Positions 49,213 through 57,733 of a stretch of DNA of 64,000 bases are shown here, one piece after another; within the stretch, counting starts at the first letter, position 1; each line of letters starts with the position of its first letter. The DNA is taken from assembly GCA_964530925.1 (NCBI GenBank), contig CAZHBZ010000002.1, positions 3,621 through 67,620 of the forward strand. Reading direction: 5' to 3'. Made by a program: the position numbers and the translations under genes. Source of the DNA: an uncultured Candidatus Saccharibacteria bacterium. GTDB lineage: Bacteria; Patescibacteriota; Minisyncoccia; UBA6257; 2-01-FULL-56-20. The notes below the pieces were generated by a model that was not told the origin of the DNA, made no database searches, and saw only the letters and a list, made by a program, of their open reading frames with translations.

Positions 49213-50935
49213 AATTTTTCAAAACCAATTCAGCCCAAAAGCGAGAGAGGTGGCCTGGCGCGCCTTTTAAATCCAAAGAAAGCCAATTCCCCAGCGGAAA
49301 TGCGAAACCCATTTTCGGTCTGTCCCACACCTCGCGCGGCAAGTCTCGACCCATGGCGGAGATAAGCAACTCCTTGGGTCGCGCAGTCAGCTTGAGCGAG
49401 ACAGGAAGCGAACTTATATATTCCACGAGTACGTGATCCAAAAATGGGACCCTCGCCTCTATAGAATGTCGCATCGACATGAAATCCGTGTCTTTCAAAA
49501 GCTGGTTGGCCATGTAAAAATTGACCTCCAGCCAGGAAAGGGCGTCGGCCGGATGCAAATTCTTGAGTTCGGTTGGCAGGAAATCTCCAAGTTTAGCAAT
49601 ATAGCTCCAAACCGAAGACTCGTTTATTTTTAAAGTTTCCGCTATCTCCGCCGGGGGGAAAAGTCCCCGAAGCGACAAATAGAAGTTTATGAGCCCCTTT
49701 CCCTCATATAGATAAATTAATTTCGCCCAACTCCTCCGAAGGGATAAGAGTTTGAGCGGCCACTTTAAAATTTTTGGTAATTTTTGAACGAATCGAAAAA
49801 GGCTCGCTCGCTTAAAATAGTGGTAGCCCATAAAAATCTCGTCGCTCCCCAACCCGGAAAGCACCGCCTTGAGTCCGGCCTCTTTGGCCGCTCGAGAGAC
49901 AAAATATGTATTTACGCCATCGATGGTTGGCTGATCCATGGCCGCAAATATATTTTCCTTTTCCGACTCGAAATCTTCCCTCCCGACCAAGTATTCTTTG
50001 TGCCGGCTTTTAATTCGCGCCGTCACACCTTCCCGATACTTTTTCTCCGAAAATTTATATTCTTTAAAATCAATAGAAAGCGTATCTAGAGCTTTTTCTC
50101 TCTGTTTCGCGGCTAAAATGGCCAAAACGGATGAATCTATTCCCCCGCTCAAGAAAACTCCGAGTGGCGCGTCGCTTATGAGATGTAACCTGACGGATTC
50201 ATTCAATAGTTCCTTGATTCTTGAAACAGCCGCTCCTTTTGCTGGCGAAATTTTTTTGAGAAAGGAAGTTAGGGGCTCATAATATTTGATTTCTTTGGCC
50301 CCGTTTTTTGAAAAACTTAGATAATGTCCGGCTCTCACAGAATAAACCTCCTTGAATGTAGTCTTGGGAAGTGGCACCGAGCCAAAAAGCAAAAAGCCAA
50401 TCTTTGCCTCCTCGTCTTCATGTAGTTCCACGAGGCCGCTCTCTTTTATGGCCACGACCGTCGAGGCAAAAACAAGACCTCCCTGGGTCGCTGCGTAATA
50501 AAGCGGTTTTATCCCGTACCGATCGCGCGCGAGAATCAACTCTTCTCCCCGAGAATCATAAAGCGCTATCGCGAACATTCCCCGCAACTTGGAAAATGAT
50601 TCCTTCCCCCACTCTTTGTAGCTTGCGAGAATTACCTCAGTGTCAGTTTTTGTTTTGAACGAATACCCTTTTGCGACAAGTTCCTTTTTAATTTCTTCGA
50701 AGTTATATATCTCTCCATTGAAAGTTATATGCAAATTACCCGAAGACATCGGTTGATGCCCGTCGGCCGAAAGATCGATTATAGAAAGGCGTCTTTGGCC
50801 GAACGTTGCCGGACCGAAAGAATCGAGCCCTTCATCATCCGGCCCTCGAAGCTTCTGACGAGCGTTCATCTTGCGGACCGCATCTTCGGACCCTCGCCCA
50901 TCCGAAAACGAAATTGCCCCCGCGATTCCGCACAT
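49199..50935 (-). CDS. asnB: Asparagine-synthase-like glutamine amidotransferase (probably glycan amidation)
   Basis: MCGI N-terminus, RRLSIID, NGEIYN, LSGGIDSS, EARVPFLD, KMGF. Confidence 0.92.
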   Translation of the reverse strand: MCGIAGAISFSDGRGSEDAVRKMNARQKLRGPDDEGLDSFGPATFGQRRLSIIDLSADGHQPMSSGNLHITFNGEIYNFEEIKKELVAKGYSFKTKTDTEVILASYKEWGKESFSKLRGMFAIALYDSRGEELILARDRYGIKPLYYAATQGGLVFASTVVAIKESGLVELHEDEEAKIGFLLFGSVPLPKTTFKEVYSVRAGHYLSFSKNGAKEIKYYEPLTSFLKKISPAKGAAVSRIKELLNESVRLHLISDAPLGVFLSGGIDSSVLAILAAKQREKALDTLSIDFKEYKFSEKKYREGVTARIKSRHKEYLVGREDFESEKENIFAAMDQPTIDGVNTYFVSRAAKEAGLKAVLSGLGSDEIFMGYHYFKRASLFRFVQKLPKILKWPLKLLSLRRSWAKLIYLYEGKGLINFYLSLRGLFPPAEIAETLKINESSVWSYIAKLGDFLPTELKNLHPADALSWLEVNFYMANQLLKDTDFMSMRHSIEARVPFLDHVLVEYISSLPVSLKLTARPKELLISAMGRDLPREVWDRPKMGFAFPLGNWLSLDLKGAPGHLSRFWAELVLKNYEKK

Positions 50936-50936
50936 T

Positions 50937-51536
50937 TTATTTTCCTTTTTCCGGAGCCTTTAGCGTCGCCAAAAGATCGCTCACCCGGGAATCATCCGGC
51001 CAATATTTCAAAATAGTCCCTCCAACTTCTCTTGTATTCTCGTCATCTCCGACCGCGCTATAAAGCGTCAGAAGACCGTAAAGGACCGGCGGCAATTTCG
51101 GTCCGAGTTCACGCGCTCGTTTGTAATAGTCTATGGCGGCATCATAATCATCCTGCTTCATAAACCGAGTGAGAGACATTGTGTGAAGAGTTGCCATAGC
51201 AATATAATGCCGCGTGTCCGGATATATTTTCGGTTCGATATAATCTATAAGTTCCCGCGCCATCGATTCGGATATGTCTTGCTGCGAGTTGACCACGGAA
51301 AGGATATTGCTTGTAAGATATTTCGCCGACTCCTCTCCTCCGACCGGAGAATAGAAATCAAAAACTTTATCGAAATTCGCTTTGAAATCAGCGATGGTGC
51401 GCACGCTGTTGGCGCTTCGGGCCGAGTCTATATAGGTTTGCGATTTTAAGACCGGCAAGACCGAACCGAATACAAACAAAAAAACCACGGCGAGGATACA
51501 GAGCGAAATAACCGCCAATTTAAAACTATTGTTCAT
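50937..51536 (-). CDS. TM-anchored helical/TPR-like protein (resembles C-terminal extension of O-antigen ligases)
   Basis: N-terminal TM, AIDYYKRARELGPK TPR-like motif; overlaps the ligase stop by 11 nt. Confidence 0.65.
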   Translation of the reverse strand: MNNSFKLAVISLCILAVVFLFVFGSVLPVLKSQTYIDSARSANSVRTIADFKANFDKVFDFYSPVGGEESAKYLTSNILSVVNSQQDISESMARELIDYIEPKIYPDTRHYIAMATLHTMSLTRFMKQDDYDAAIDYYKRARELGPKLPPVLYGLLTLYSAVGDDENTREVGGTILKYWPDDSRVSDLLATLKAPEKGK

Positions 51537-52896
51537 TAGTCCTGTTTTCTTTTGCCCGCGACGAATTCAGAAGATAGTAGGCAAAACCAAAGAAGAGAAA
51601 AATATTCAAGTAAGTCGGCAATATGTCGAAAAGCACCATGCCCTGCACCAGGTAAGCTATGGGCAACGCGAAGACTATCGCCTTGGCGGCTGGCGAGAGC
51701 TTCGCTAGTCTTGAAGCGTTCTCGTGGCTCGAATGTTTCTCCCGCCCCTTTCTTAAAACCTCCACGAAGAAAACCAAAAAAATAGAGAAGTACGCGAGAG
51801 TTCCCAAAAGCCCTATCTCCGCCAAATAATCAAAGAATATATTATGAGCCCTATCGAACCACGCGCCGAACGCCGCCGGCGGCTTGAAATATTCGGTATT
51901 AAAATTGCGGTCAAAAACATGTAAGAAATTTTCCGGACCGGCTCCCAAAAGCGGCCTCTCTTTAAATCCGTCCCAAGCCATCTTCCAGATAGTGCGGCGG
52001 TCGCTGAAAGTTTGAGCGCTGAAAGAAATATCAAAAACCCTGGCGAACGGGAGCTTCTTTATGAGCGGATTATCTTTTAAGACGACCATCGCCGACACAA
52101 ACAAAACCACAAACGCCGCAAGCCCAATAAGCCACTTCCTCCACTCTTTTTTGGAGAACGCCAAAAATCCCAGGAAAAATACCGAACTCGCGATTAAAGC
52201 TAGGAAAGCTCCGCGGGTCGCCGCCAAAAATAGAAATACAATAAATATCAAAACGGAAGCGGCTATCGGCAGGCCCTTAACCGAACGAATCTGTCCGCGA
52301 TATTTAGTAAAAAGGAGATAAAGAGCGAAAAAGAGCATAAAAATCATGTAAGTCGCGAAATAGGCCGGGTTTCCGATAGAACCTTGGAATCGGAAATTCT
52401 CCGCGCTAAACGCCGGGCCGATCACGTTCTCCACTCCCCAGCCCGCCAAAAGACCGTAACCAATAGAAAGGAAGGCGGCGGAAAAAGAGCACCAGAATAT
52501 TCTTATCCAGTTCTTCTCTTCGTCAAAAAGCGCCGCTAAAAGCAGAAAAAATCCATAAAGATGGAGTATCTGTAAGCCACCCTCTCCCCGCTCAAAATTA
52601 GACCAAAAAGAATTGGCTGGATCGACGCCAAAAGCTCCAGAGAGAAGAAAAAAGAATGTAAACGCTGAAATCGCGATGCCGAGCGGAGACCTTATAACTT
52701 TGCGTAGCTTGTCTAGATAGACATCGCCGTCGCTCTCTTTTATGAGCCCGATAAGGAAAAAGATAAGCGCGAAGTCAACGGAACTCCGAAACCACGCGTA
52801 TTTCCCAACGATAAAAGGGAAAAGCGTGGATGTAGTAACCAAGGTTATCGCGAAAACCGCGGCGTAAAGAAAAAATTTTGATATTTTGAATGACAT
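51526..52896 (-). CDS. O-antigen ligase / O-oligosaccharyltransferase family protein
   Basis: WSNFERGEG, GSIGNPAY, ATRGA, RPLLGAGPENF, FDRAHN. Confidence 0.88.
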   Translation of the reverse strand: MSFKISKFFLYAAVFAITLVTTSTLFPFIVGKYAWFRSSVDFALIFFLIGLIKESDGDVYLDKLRKVIRSPLGIAISAFTFFFLLSGAFGVDPANSFWSNFERGEGGLQILHLYGFFLLLAALFDEEKNWIRIFWCSFSAAFLSIGYGLLAGWGVENVIGPAFSAENFRFQGSIGNPAYFATYMIFMLFFALYLLFTKYRGQIRSVKGLPIAASVLIFIVFLFLAATRGAFLALIASSVFFLGFLAFSKKEWRKWLIGLAAFVVLFVSAMVVLKDNPLIKKLPFARVFDISFSAQTFSDRRTIWKMAWDGFKERPLLGAGPENFLHVFDRNFNTEYFKPPAAFGAWFDRAHNIFFDYLAEIGLLGTLAYFSIFLVFFVEVLRKGREKHSSHENASRLAKLSPAAKAIVFALPIAYLVQGMVLFDILPTYLNIFLFFGFAYYLLNSSRAKENRTNEQ

Positions 52897-52900
52897 AGGC

Positions 52901-52933
52901 GTGAGTAGTTTGTCGTAAGTCGTTGGTAGTTAG
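52901..52933. repeat. Heptamer array, left arm flanking four-helix-bundle gene
   Basis: On -: CTAA CTACCAA CGACTTA CGACAAA CTACTCA then CGCCT-ATG of the ligase. Confidence 0.85.
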
Positions 52934-52945
52934 ACTTCTCCTGCT

Positions 52946-53302
52946 TTATTCTAGACTTTTAGCCAATTTGTTGAGCATCCTCATAACGTCATCAAGCAGC
53001 ACTAGAACTTTAGCATAATCTTCTTTGCGCCCAAAACCAAGATTCTTGGCAATCTCAAGCTGCGTTTCCAATTCCGCGCCAGAACCAAACGCTATTAACA
53101 CAAAATGCCTGAAATCTTTTTTTGTTCCTCACCTGCTTCCTTCGGCTATATTTGAAGGGATCGAGACAGCCGATCTTTTAATCTGGGATACAAGAGCGAA
53201 TCTTTCGTCGGACGGGAATACCTCGGTTAAGGAATACACCAAACCCGCAAGTTCGACGGATTTTTGCCAAACATGAAGTTCTCTATATGAACCAAGTTTC
53301 AT
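52946..53302 (-). pseudogene. Four-helix-bundle protein (23S rRNA IVP/Avd-like family) with in-frame TGA
   Basis: SYRELHVWQKS...FPSDERFALVSQIKRSAVSIPSNIAEGSR*GTKKDFRHFVLIAFGSGAELETQL...; frame stays open after TGA (53129-53131) to TAA at 52946. Confidence 0.88.
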
Positions 53303-53313
53303 TGCCCCCATAA

Positions 53314-53344
53314 CTACCTACGACCCACGACTAACGACCAACTA
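53314..53344. repeat. Heptamer array, right arm flanking four-helix-bundle gene
   Basis: CTACCTA CGACCCA CGACTAA CGACCAA CTA (last CTA is the rny stop). Confidence 0.85.
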
Positions 53345-54862
53345 CCTGGCAAACTCCACCGCCCTCATTTCCCTGATAACATTCACCTTAATTTCGCCCG
53401 GATACTTAAGCTCGCTCTGTATCCTGTTTGCGATTTCCTTGGCCATCTCGAGCGCCCGGAAGTCGTCTATTTTTTCGGGAATTACGAACACGCGCAATTC
53501 GCGGCCCGCGGAAATAGCATAGGCATTTTTAACCCCTGGAAATTCGGAGGCGATCTTTTCCAAATCCGCCAGACGTTTAATGTAATTTTCCACCGTTCCC
53601 CTCCTCGCTCCGGGGCGCGCGGCGGACAACACGTCCACGGCAGTTATAACAAATGACTCCGGAGACGCGTACGGATAATCTTCGTGATGGCTCCTCATCC
53701 CGTTTATCACATCTTCGGAAATACCGTACTTCTTGAGTATCTTCATTCCAAGATCCACGTGCGTTCCTTCTACCTCGTGGTCTATGGCTTTTCCGATGTC
53801 GTGCAAGAGCGCGGCCTTCTTCGCCACCGCCACATTCAACCCCAACTCCGCCGCCATCATGCCGGCAAGATAAGTCATCTCGATCGAGTGGTTCAAAACA
53901 TTCTGACCAAAACTGGTGCGGAAATGTAAGCGCCCCAAGAGCGAAAGAATTTCTTTTGGCAGATCGTAAACACCGACCTCCATTGCCGCCGCCTCGCCAA
54001 TCTCGCCCACGCGCTTGTTGAGTTCTTCTTTGGCTTCCTCAACCTTTTCCTCTATCTTCGCGGGTTGGATCCGGCCGTCTTTAATGAGTTGTTCCAAGGC
54101 AAGCCTCGCGACTTCCCTGCGGAAAGGGTCGAAGGACGAAATGACTATGGTGTCCGGAGTTTCATCCATCACGAATTCCACGCCGGTCGCTCTTTCCAGA
54201 GCGCGGATGTTGCGGCCTTCGCGGCCGATTATTTTTCCTTTAATTTCCTCGTCAGCCAGATGGAAAACAGTGGTGGTAAGTTCGGAAACGTGCGAACGGG
54301 CGTAGCGCTGCATCGCGGTCGTGATTATCTCCACAGATTTTTTCTCGAGCTCATCCCGGAGATTCTGTTCGAGCTTCTGCATAGTTTTCGCAAGATCCTC
54401 CCGATTCTGTTCTTTTACCGCGGAATACAAAGCTTCCTTTGCCTGCTCGGGCGAAAGACCGCTCACTTTTTCTAGCTCCACCTGCGCCTTGGCGCGGACT
54501 TCGTCTACCTCTTTGTGGCGCGCTTCGAGAGCCTCTCGCTCAGCGCGAAGTTTAGCGGAATCCTGGTCCAACGCGGTTAATTTCTTTTCCAAAGACTCCT
54601 CGCGTTCATGGATGCGGGATTCGAGGGCCAATATTTCTTTTTTCCGATCGCGTTCCTCCTTTTGCGCTTCTTCCAAAATGTTCGAGGCTTTCTCTTTCGC
54701 GCCAAGCAAAATTTCCTTGGCCTCGCTCTCGGCTTTTTTATTCTTCTCTTCTATTTGCTGCTCGAGCGAACCTAACTGTTTAGTCGCCCAAACCTGTCGC
54801 ACAAAGTATCCTGCCGCCAGACCCAAAACAAGGCCCCCTAAGGGAATCAGTATTGAAGACAT
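53342..54862 (-). CDS. rny: Ribonuclease Y
   Basis: N-terminal TM, coiled coil, KH (KGKIIGREGRNIR), HD (LLHDIGK), SAARPGAR. Confidence 0.97.
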   Translation of the reverse strand: MSSILIPLGGLVLGLAAGYFVRQVWATKQLGSLEQQIEEKNKKAESEAKEILLGAKEKASNILEEAQKEERDRKKEILALESRIHEREESLEKKLTALDQDSAKLRAEREALEARHKEVDEVRAKAQVELEKVSGLSPEQAKEALYSAVKEQNREDLAKTMQKLEQNLRDELEKKSVEIITTAMQRYARSHVSELTTTVFHLADEEIKGKIIGREGRNIRALERATGVEFVMDETPDTIVISSFDPFRREVARLALEQLIKDGRIQPAKIEEKVEEAKEELNKRVGEIGEAAAMEVGVYDLPKEILSLLGRLHFRTSFGQNVLNHSIEMTYLAGMMAAELGLNVAVAKKAALLHDIGKAIDHEVEGTHVDLGMKILKKYGISEDVINGMRSHHEDYPYASPESFVITAVDVLSAARPGARRGTVENYIKRLADLEKIASEFPGVKNAYAISAGRELRVFVIPEKIDDFRALEMAKEIANRIQSELKYPGEIKVNVIREMRAVEFAR

Positions 54863-55049
54863 TATTAATTTTTCGTTGAAACTCCATCTCGATAAGACGA
54901 AGGTTGATGACTCTTTCGAACTTCATCATACCCCAATTTGGCCTAAATGGTCAATAAAATGGCATAATTGTATTAGTCAGATAATCGCCCGTCGTTCAGA
55001 AATTCTTCGCCCAATAAAACGGGACAAGAATTACTCCTTGTGTTTTTTC

Positions 55050-55084
55050 CTATAACCCAACACCTATAACCTATCACCTATTTC
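55050..55084. repeat. Heptamer array directly upstream of gpmI ATG
   Basis: CTATAAC CCAACAC CTATAAC CTATCAC CTATTTC. Confidence 0.8.
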
Positions 55085-55085
55085 T

Positions 55086-56621
55086 ATGGCAAAAAATGTC
55101 GTTCTTATAATCCTGGACGGTTGGGGCATCGGCCGGAATGACGAGTCCAACCCCATCTACATGGTCAAACCCCAGAATCTGAAGTTTCTGGAGGACAACT
55201 ACCCCGTAACAAGCCTTCAAGCCTCGGGAATCTCCGTGGGGCTCCCCTGGGGCGAAGTGGGCAACAGCGAAGTAGGCCACCTAACCATCGGCGCGGGCAA
55301 AGTCATCTATCAATACTTCCCGCGGATCACTATGGCCATCCAGGACGGGACTTTTTTTGAAAATCCCGCCATCAAGGCTGCTTGCGACCACGCCAAAAAA
55401 AATAATTCGTATCTGAATTTCATGGGACTCTTGTCCAAGGGGAACGTTCATGCTTCCCTCGATCACCTGAAAGCGCTTTTGAAATTTGCCGAGAAAGAAG
55501 GGGTCGCGAACGTGCGCCTTCATCTCTTCTCCGACGGAAAAGACTCCCCGCCCAAAACGCTTGAAAAATTCTTGGCGGAGCTTCCCGCGGGAAAGATCGC
55601 GACCTTGACCGGACGATATTATGCGATGGACCGCGAAGGTAATTGGCGGCTCACCGAACAGGCCTATAACTGCATGACCGGAACCTCGGGAACGCTGGCC
55701 AAGGATAATTTCTCCAAGCTCATTACCGACAATTACGCCAAAGGCCTAAACGAAGAATATCTGCCCCCGCTTCGCCTTCAAGAAGATGGCGGAATAAAAG
55801 ACGGCGACGCGCTTTTCATTTTTAACTATCGCGAAGATTCCATCCGACAAATAGCGGAGTCGTTTATCGTTAAAGATTTTGACAAATTCCAGAGGAAAGA
55901 TTTTAAAGATCTTTTCGTAGCGACCATGACCCACTATATGGATAAATTCGATTGCCCGGTCGCCTTTCCTTCGGAAGTGGTAAAATCCCCTCTCGGCAAA
56001 GTAATAAGCGACGCGAAAATGACCCAGCTCCGTCTCGCGGAATCTTACAAATACGCCCACGTCACTTATTTTTTCAACGGATTTACCGAACCTCCTCTCG
56101 AAGGAGAATATCGCGTCCTCATTCCCTCTGAGCCCATCCCTCACCCCGATGAACATCCGCAGATGATGGCCTCGGCTATAACCGACCGGCTAATTCAAGC
56201 CATCGAAAACCGGGCGTTTAATTTTATTTTGGTGAATTATGCGAACGGCGACACCATCGCCCACACCGGAAACTACAATGCGGCCAAGGAGGCGGTTAAG
56301 ACCATAGACAAGGAACTTGGGCGCGTCATCCAATCCGTTCTCGCGAATGACGCCCTGCTTTTTATTAGCTCCGATCATGGCAACGTGGAAGAACTTTTGA
56401 ATCCGATGACCGGCCAATCCGAGACCCAGCATGATCCAAATCCGGTTCCCTTCCATATCGTCGGCAATGAATTTAAAGGGAGAAAGTTCATCAACTGGCA
56501 AAGTGTGGCTACGGAACCGCTCGGCATCATCTCCGATATAGCCCCGACAATACTCGAGATAATCGGCCTCAAGAAACCGGAAGATATGAGCGGGAGAAGT
56601 CTCCTTCGGGACCTTCTATAA
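55086..56621 (+). CDS. gpmI: 2,3-bisphosphoglycerate-independent phosphoglycerate mutase
   Basis: ILDGWG, GNSEVGH, GRYYAMDR, KYAHVTYFF, SDHGN. Confidence 0.97.
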   Translation: MAKNVVLIILDGWGIGRNDESNPIYMVKPQNLKFLEDNYPVTSLQASGISVGLPWGEVGNSEVGHLTIGAGKVIYQYFPRITMAIQDGTFFENPAIKAACDHAKKNNSYLNFMGLLSKGNVHASLDHLKALLKFAEKEGVANVRLHLFSDGKDSPPKTLEKFLAELPAGKIATLTGRYYAMDREGNWRLTEQAYNCMTGTSGTLAKDNFSKLITDNYAKGLNEEYLPPLRLQEDGGIKDGDALFIFNYREDSIRQIAESFIVKDFDKFQRKDFKDLFVATMTHYMDKFDCPVAFPSEVVKSPLGKVISDAKMTQLRLAESYKYAHVTYFFNGFTEPPLEGEYRVLIPSEPIPHPDEHPQMMASAITDRLIQAIENRAFNFILVNYANGDTIAHTGNYNAAKEAVKTIDKELGRVIQSVLANDALLFISSDHGNVEELLNPMTGQSETQHDPNPVPFHIVGNEFKGRKFINWQSVATEPLGIISDIAPTILEIIGLKKPEDMSGRSLLRDLL

Positions 56622-56659
56622 AAACAGACTTTTAGAATTTTTAATTAAAAAAACGCCGC

Positions 56660-56842
56660 TCACCGCGGCGTTTCGTCATATTTCACAGAGAGAAGGAGTG
56701 CGAGGCCAACCAGCGCCGCTCCGGACGCGCAGATGAGCAGCATGGGCCGCCAGGCAAAATCGCTAAGTAGTCCTCCGAAAACAATCGCGAACCCCAGGAG
56801 CGCCATTCCCTGGAGAATCTTTTCCCTTTTCTTCGCGCGCAT
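56660..56842 (-). CDS. Small 2-TM hypothetical protein
   Basis: 60-aa ORF with GGAGG SD and hydrophobic helices. Confidence 0.5.
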   Translation of the reverse strand: MRAKKREKILQGMALLGFAIVFGGLLSDFAWRPMLLICASGAALVGLALLLSVKYDETPR

Positions 56843-56924
56843 TTCAACCCTCCATCCGCTTTAAGCTGATTATAATTATAGCCTCAATATTCCGCGACGC
56901 AACCTAAATTGGTATAATCAAAAC

Positions 56925-57281
56925 ATGTTCAGACTGATTGCGCGCGCGATAATCGCGGTTGTCGTTAATGCTCTTGGCCTTTTGGCCGCTTCGCACTACA
57001 TAAACGGCTTTAACCTGAATAATGACTTCGGGGAACTTATAATCGTCGCGGCTGTTTTCACCGCGATTTATTTTATCCTGCGCCCGATAGTCAAAATGAT
57101 ATTGGGTCCGTTTTTGGTGCTTACTTTGGGCCTAGGGCTTATCGCGGTCAACGCCATAATGCTCTATGTTCTTGACTTAGCCTCCAAAAATCTTATGATA
57201 GATGGCGTCGGAGCGCTCCTTGAGGCAACACTGCTTCTAAGCGTCCTGAACTTTATTCTGCATTACGCGGAAAAAGAATAG
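56925..57281 (+). CDS. YvlD/DUF360 (4-TMS phage holin-like) membrane protein
   Basis: ILRPIVKM...P..VLTLGL...VNA..L motif. Confidence 0.85.
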   Translation: MFRLIARAIIAVVVNALGLLAASHYINGFNLNNDFGELIIVAAVFTAIYFILRPIVKMILGPFLVLTLGLGLIAVNAIMLYVLDLASKNLMIDGVGALLEATLLLSVLNFILHYAEKE

Positions 57282-57288
57282 TGGACAG

Positions 57289-57383
57289 AAATTAACCTAA
57301 TTGCTCTAATTACCCTAATTGACCGGGGCGGGCTCGCCTCATCTTAGAATAATTAGTTGTAATTAAAATAATTAGAAATAATT
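57289..57383. repeat. Inverted pair of ~9-mer CTAATT/AATTAG arrays with GC-rich spacer
   Basis: CCTAATTGC TCTAATTAC CCTAATTGA ... TAATTAGTTG TAATTAAAA TAATTAGAAA TAATT. Confidence 0.7.
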
Positions 57384-57393
57384 TACTTAAGAT

Positions 57394-57606
57394 ATGATCT
57401 CAATAATATATATAATCGTAGCCGTTGCCTTAGTAACCCTAATCCTGCTTCAGCAGCGCTCCGGAGGAATGTCCGGTCTTTTTGGCGGCGACTCAAGCGG
57501 CTTTTATCAGACCAGGCGCGGGCTCGAAAAACTTTTTCTTTGGGGAACCGTCGTTCTTTCCGTTCTTTTTGTGGCGCTCTCCCTTTGGCAGTTAATCCAA
57601 AAATAA
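57394..57606 (+). CDS. secG: Preprotein translocase subunit SecG
   Basis: ILLQQR.GG...FGG...TRRGLEK, two TMs. Confidence 0.92.
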   Translation: MISIIYIIVAVALVTLILLQQRSGGMSGLFGGDSSGFYQTRRGLEKLFLWGTVVLSVLFVALSLWQLIQK

Positions 57607-57692
57607 ATCTCCCGCGAACAGCGGGAATTTAAAGATGGCTCGTTTCACGCTATACTTTAGTAGCACGATTTTGATTTGATATTTTGCGCGCG

Positions 57693-57727
57693 CTACCTAC
57701 TACCTACTACTAACTACCCACTGCATT
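57693..57727. repeat. Heptamer array upstream of SBP ATG
   Basis: CTACCTA CTACCTA CTACTAA CTACCCA CTGCATT. Confidence 0.85.
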
Positions 57728-57733
57728 TCAAAG

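Noticed and set aside
53129-53131. TGA=Gly recoding (code 25) or selenocysteine
   Set aside because: Several genes (TPM, GT2s, DUF167) terminate at TGA, long ORFs have no internal TGA, and the position is Arg-like rather than Cys-like
52946-53302. Diversity-generating retroelement (Avd-like gene)
   Set aside because: No reverse transcriptase and no TR/VR pair differing at adenines was seen in the window
54863-55049. 6S RNA or other ncRNA upstream of rny
   Set aside because: No convincing long hairpin or conserved motif by eye; consistent with a divergent promoter region. An Rfam scan would settle it
56925-57281. Prophage suggested by holin-like gene
   Set aside because: YvlD/DUF360 proteins are common chromosomal genes; no phage genes nearby
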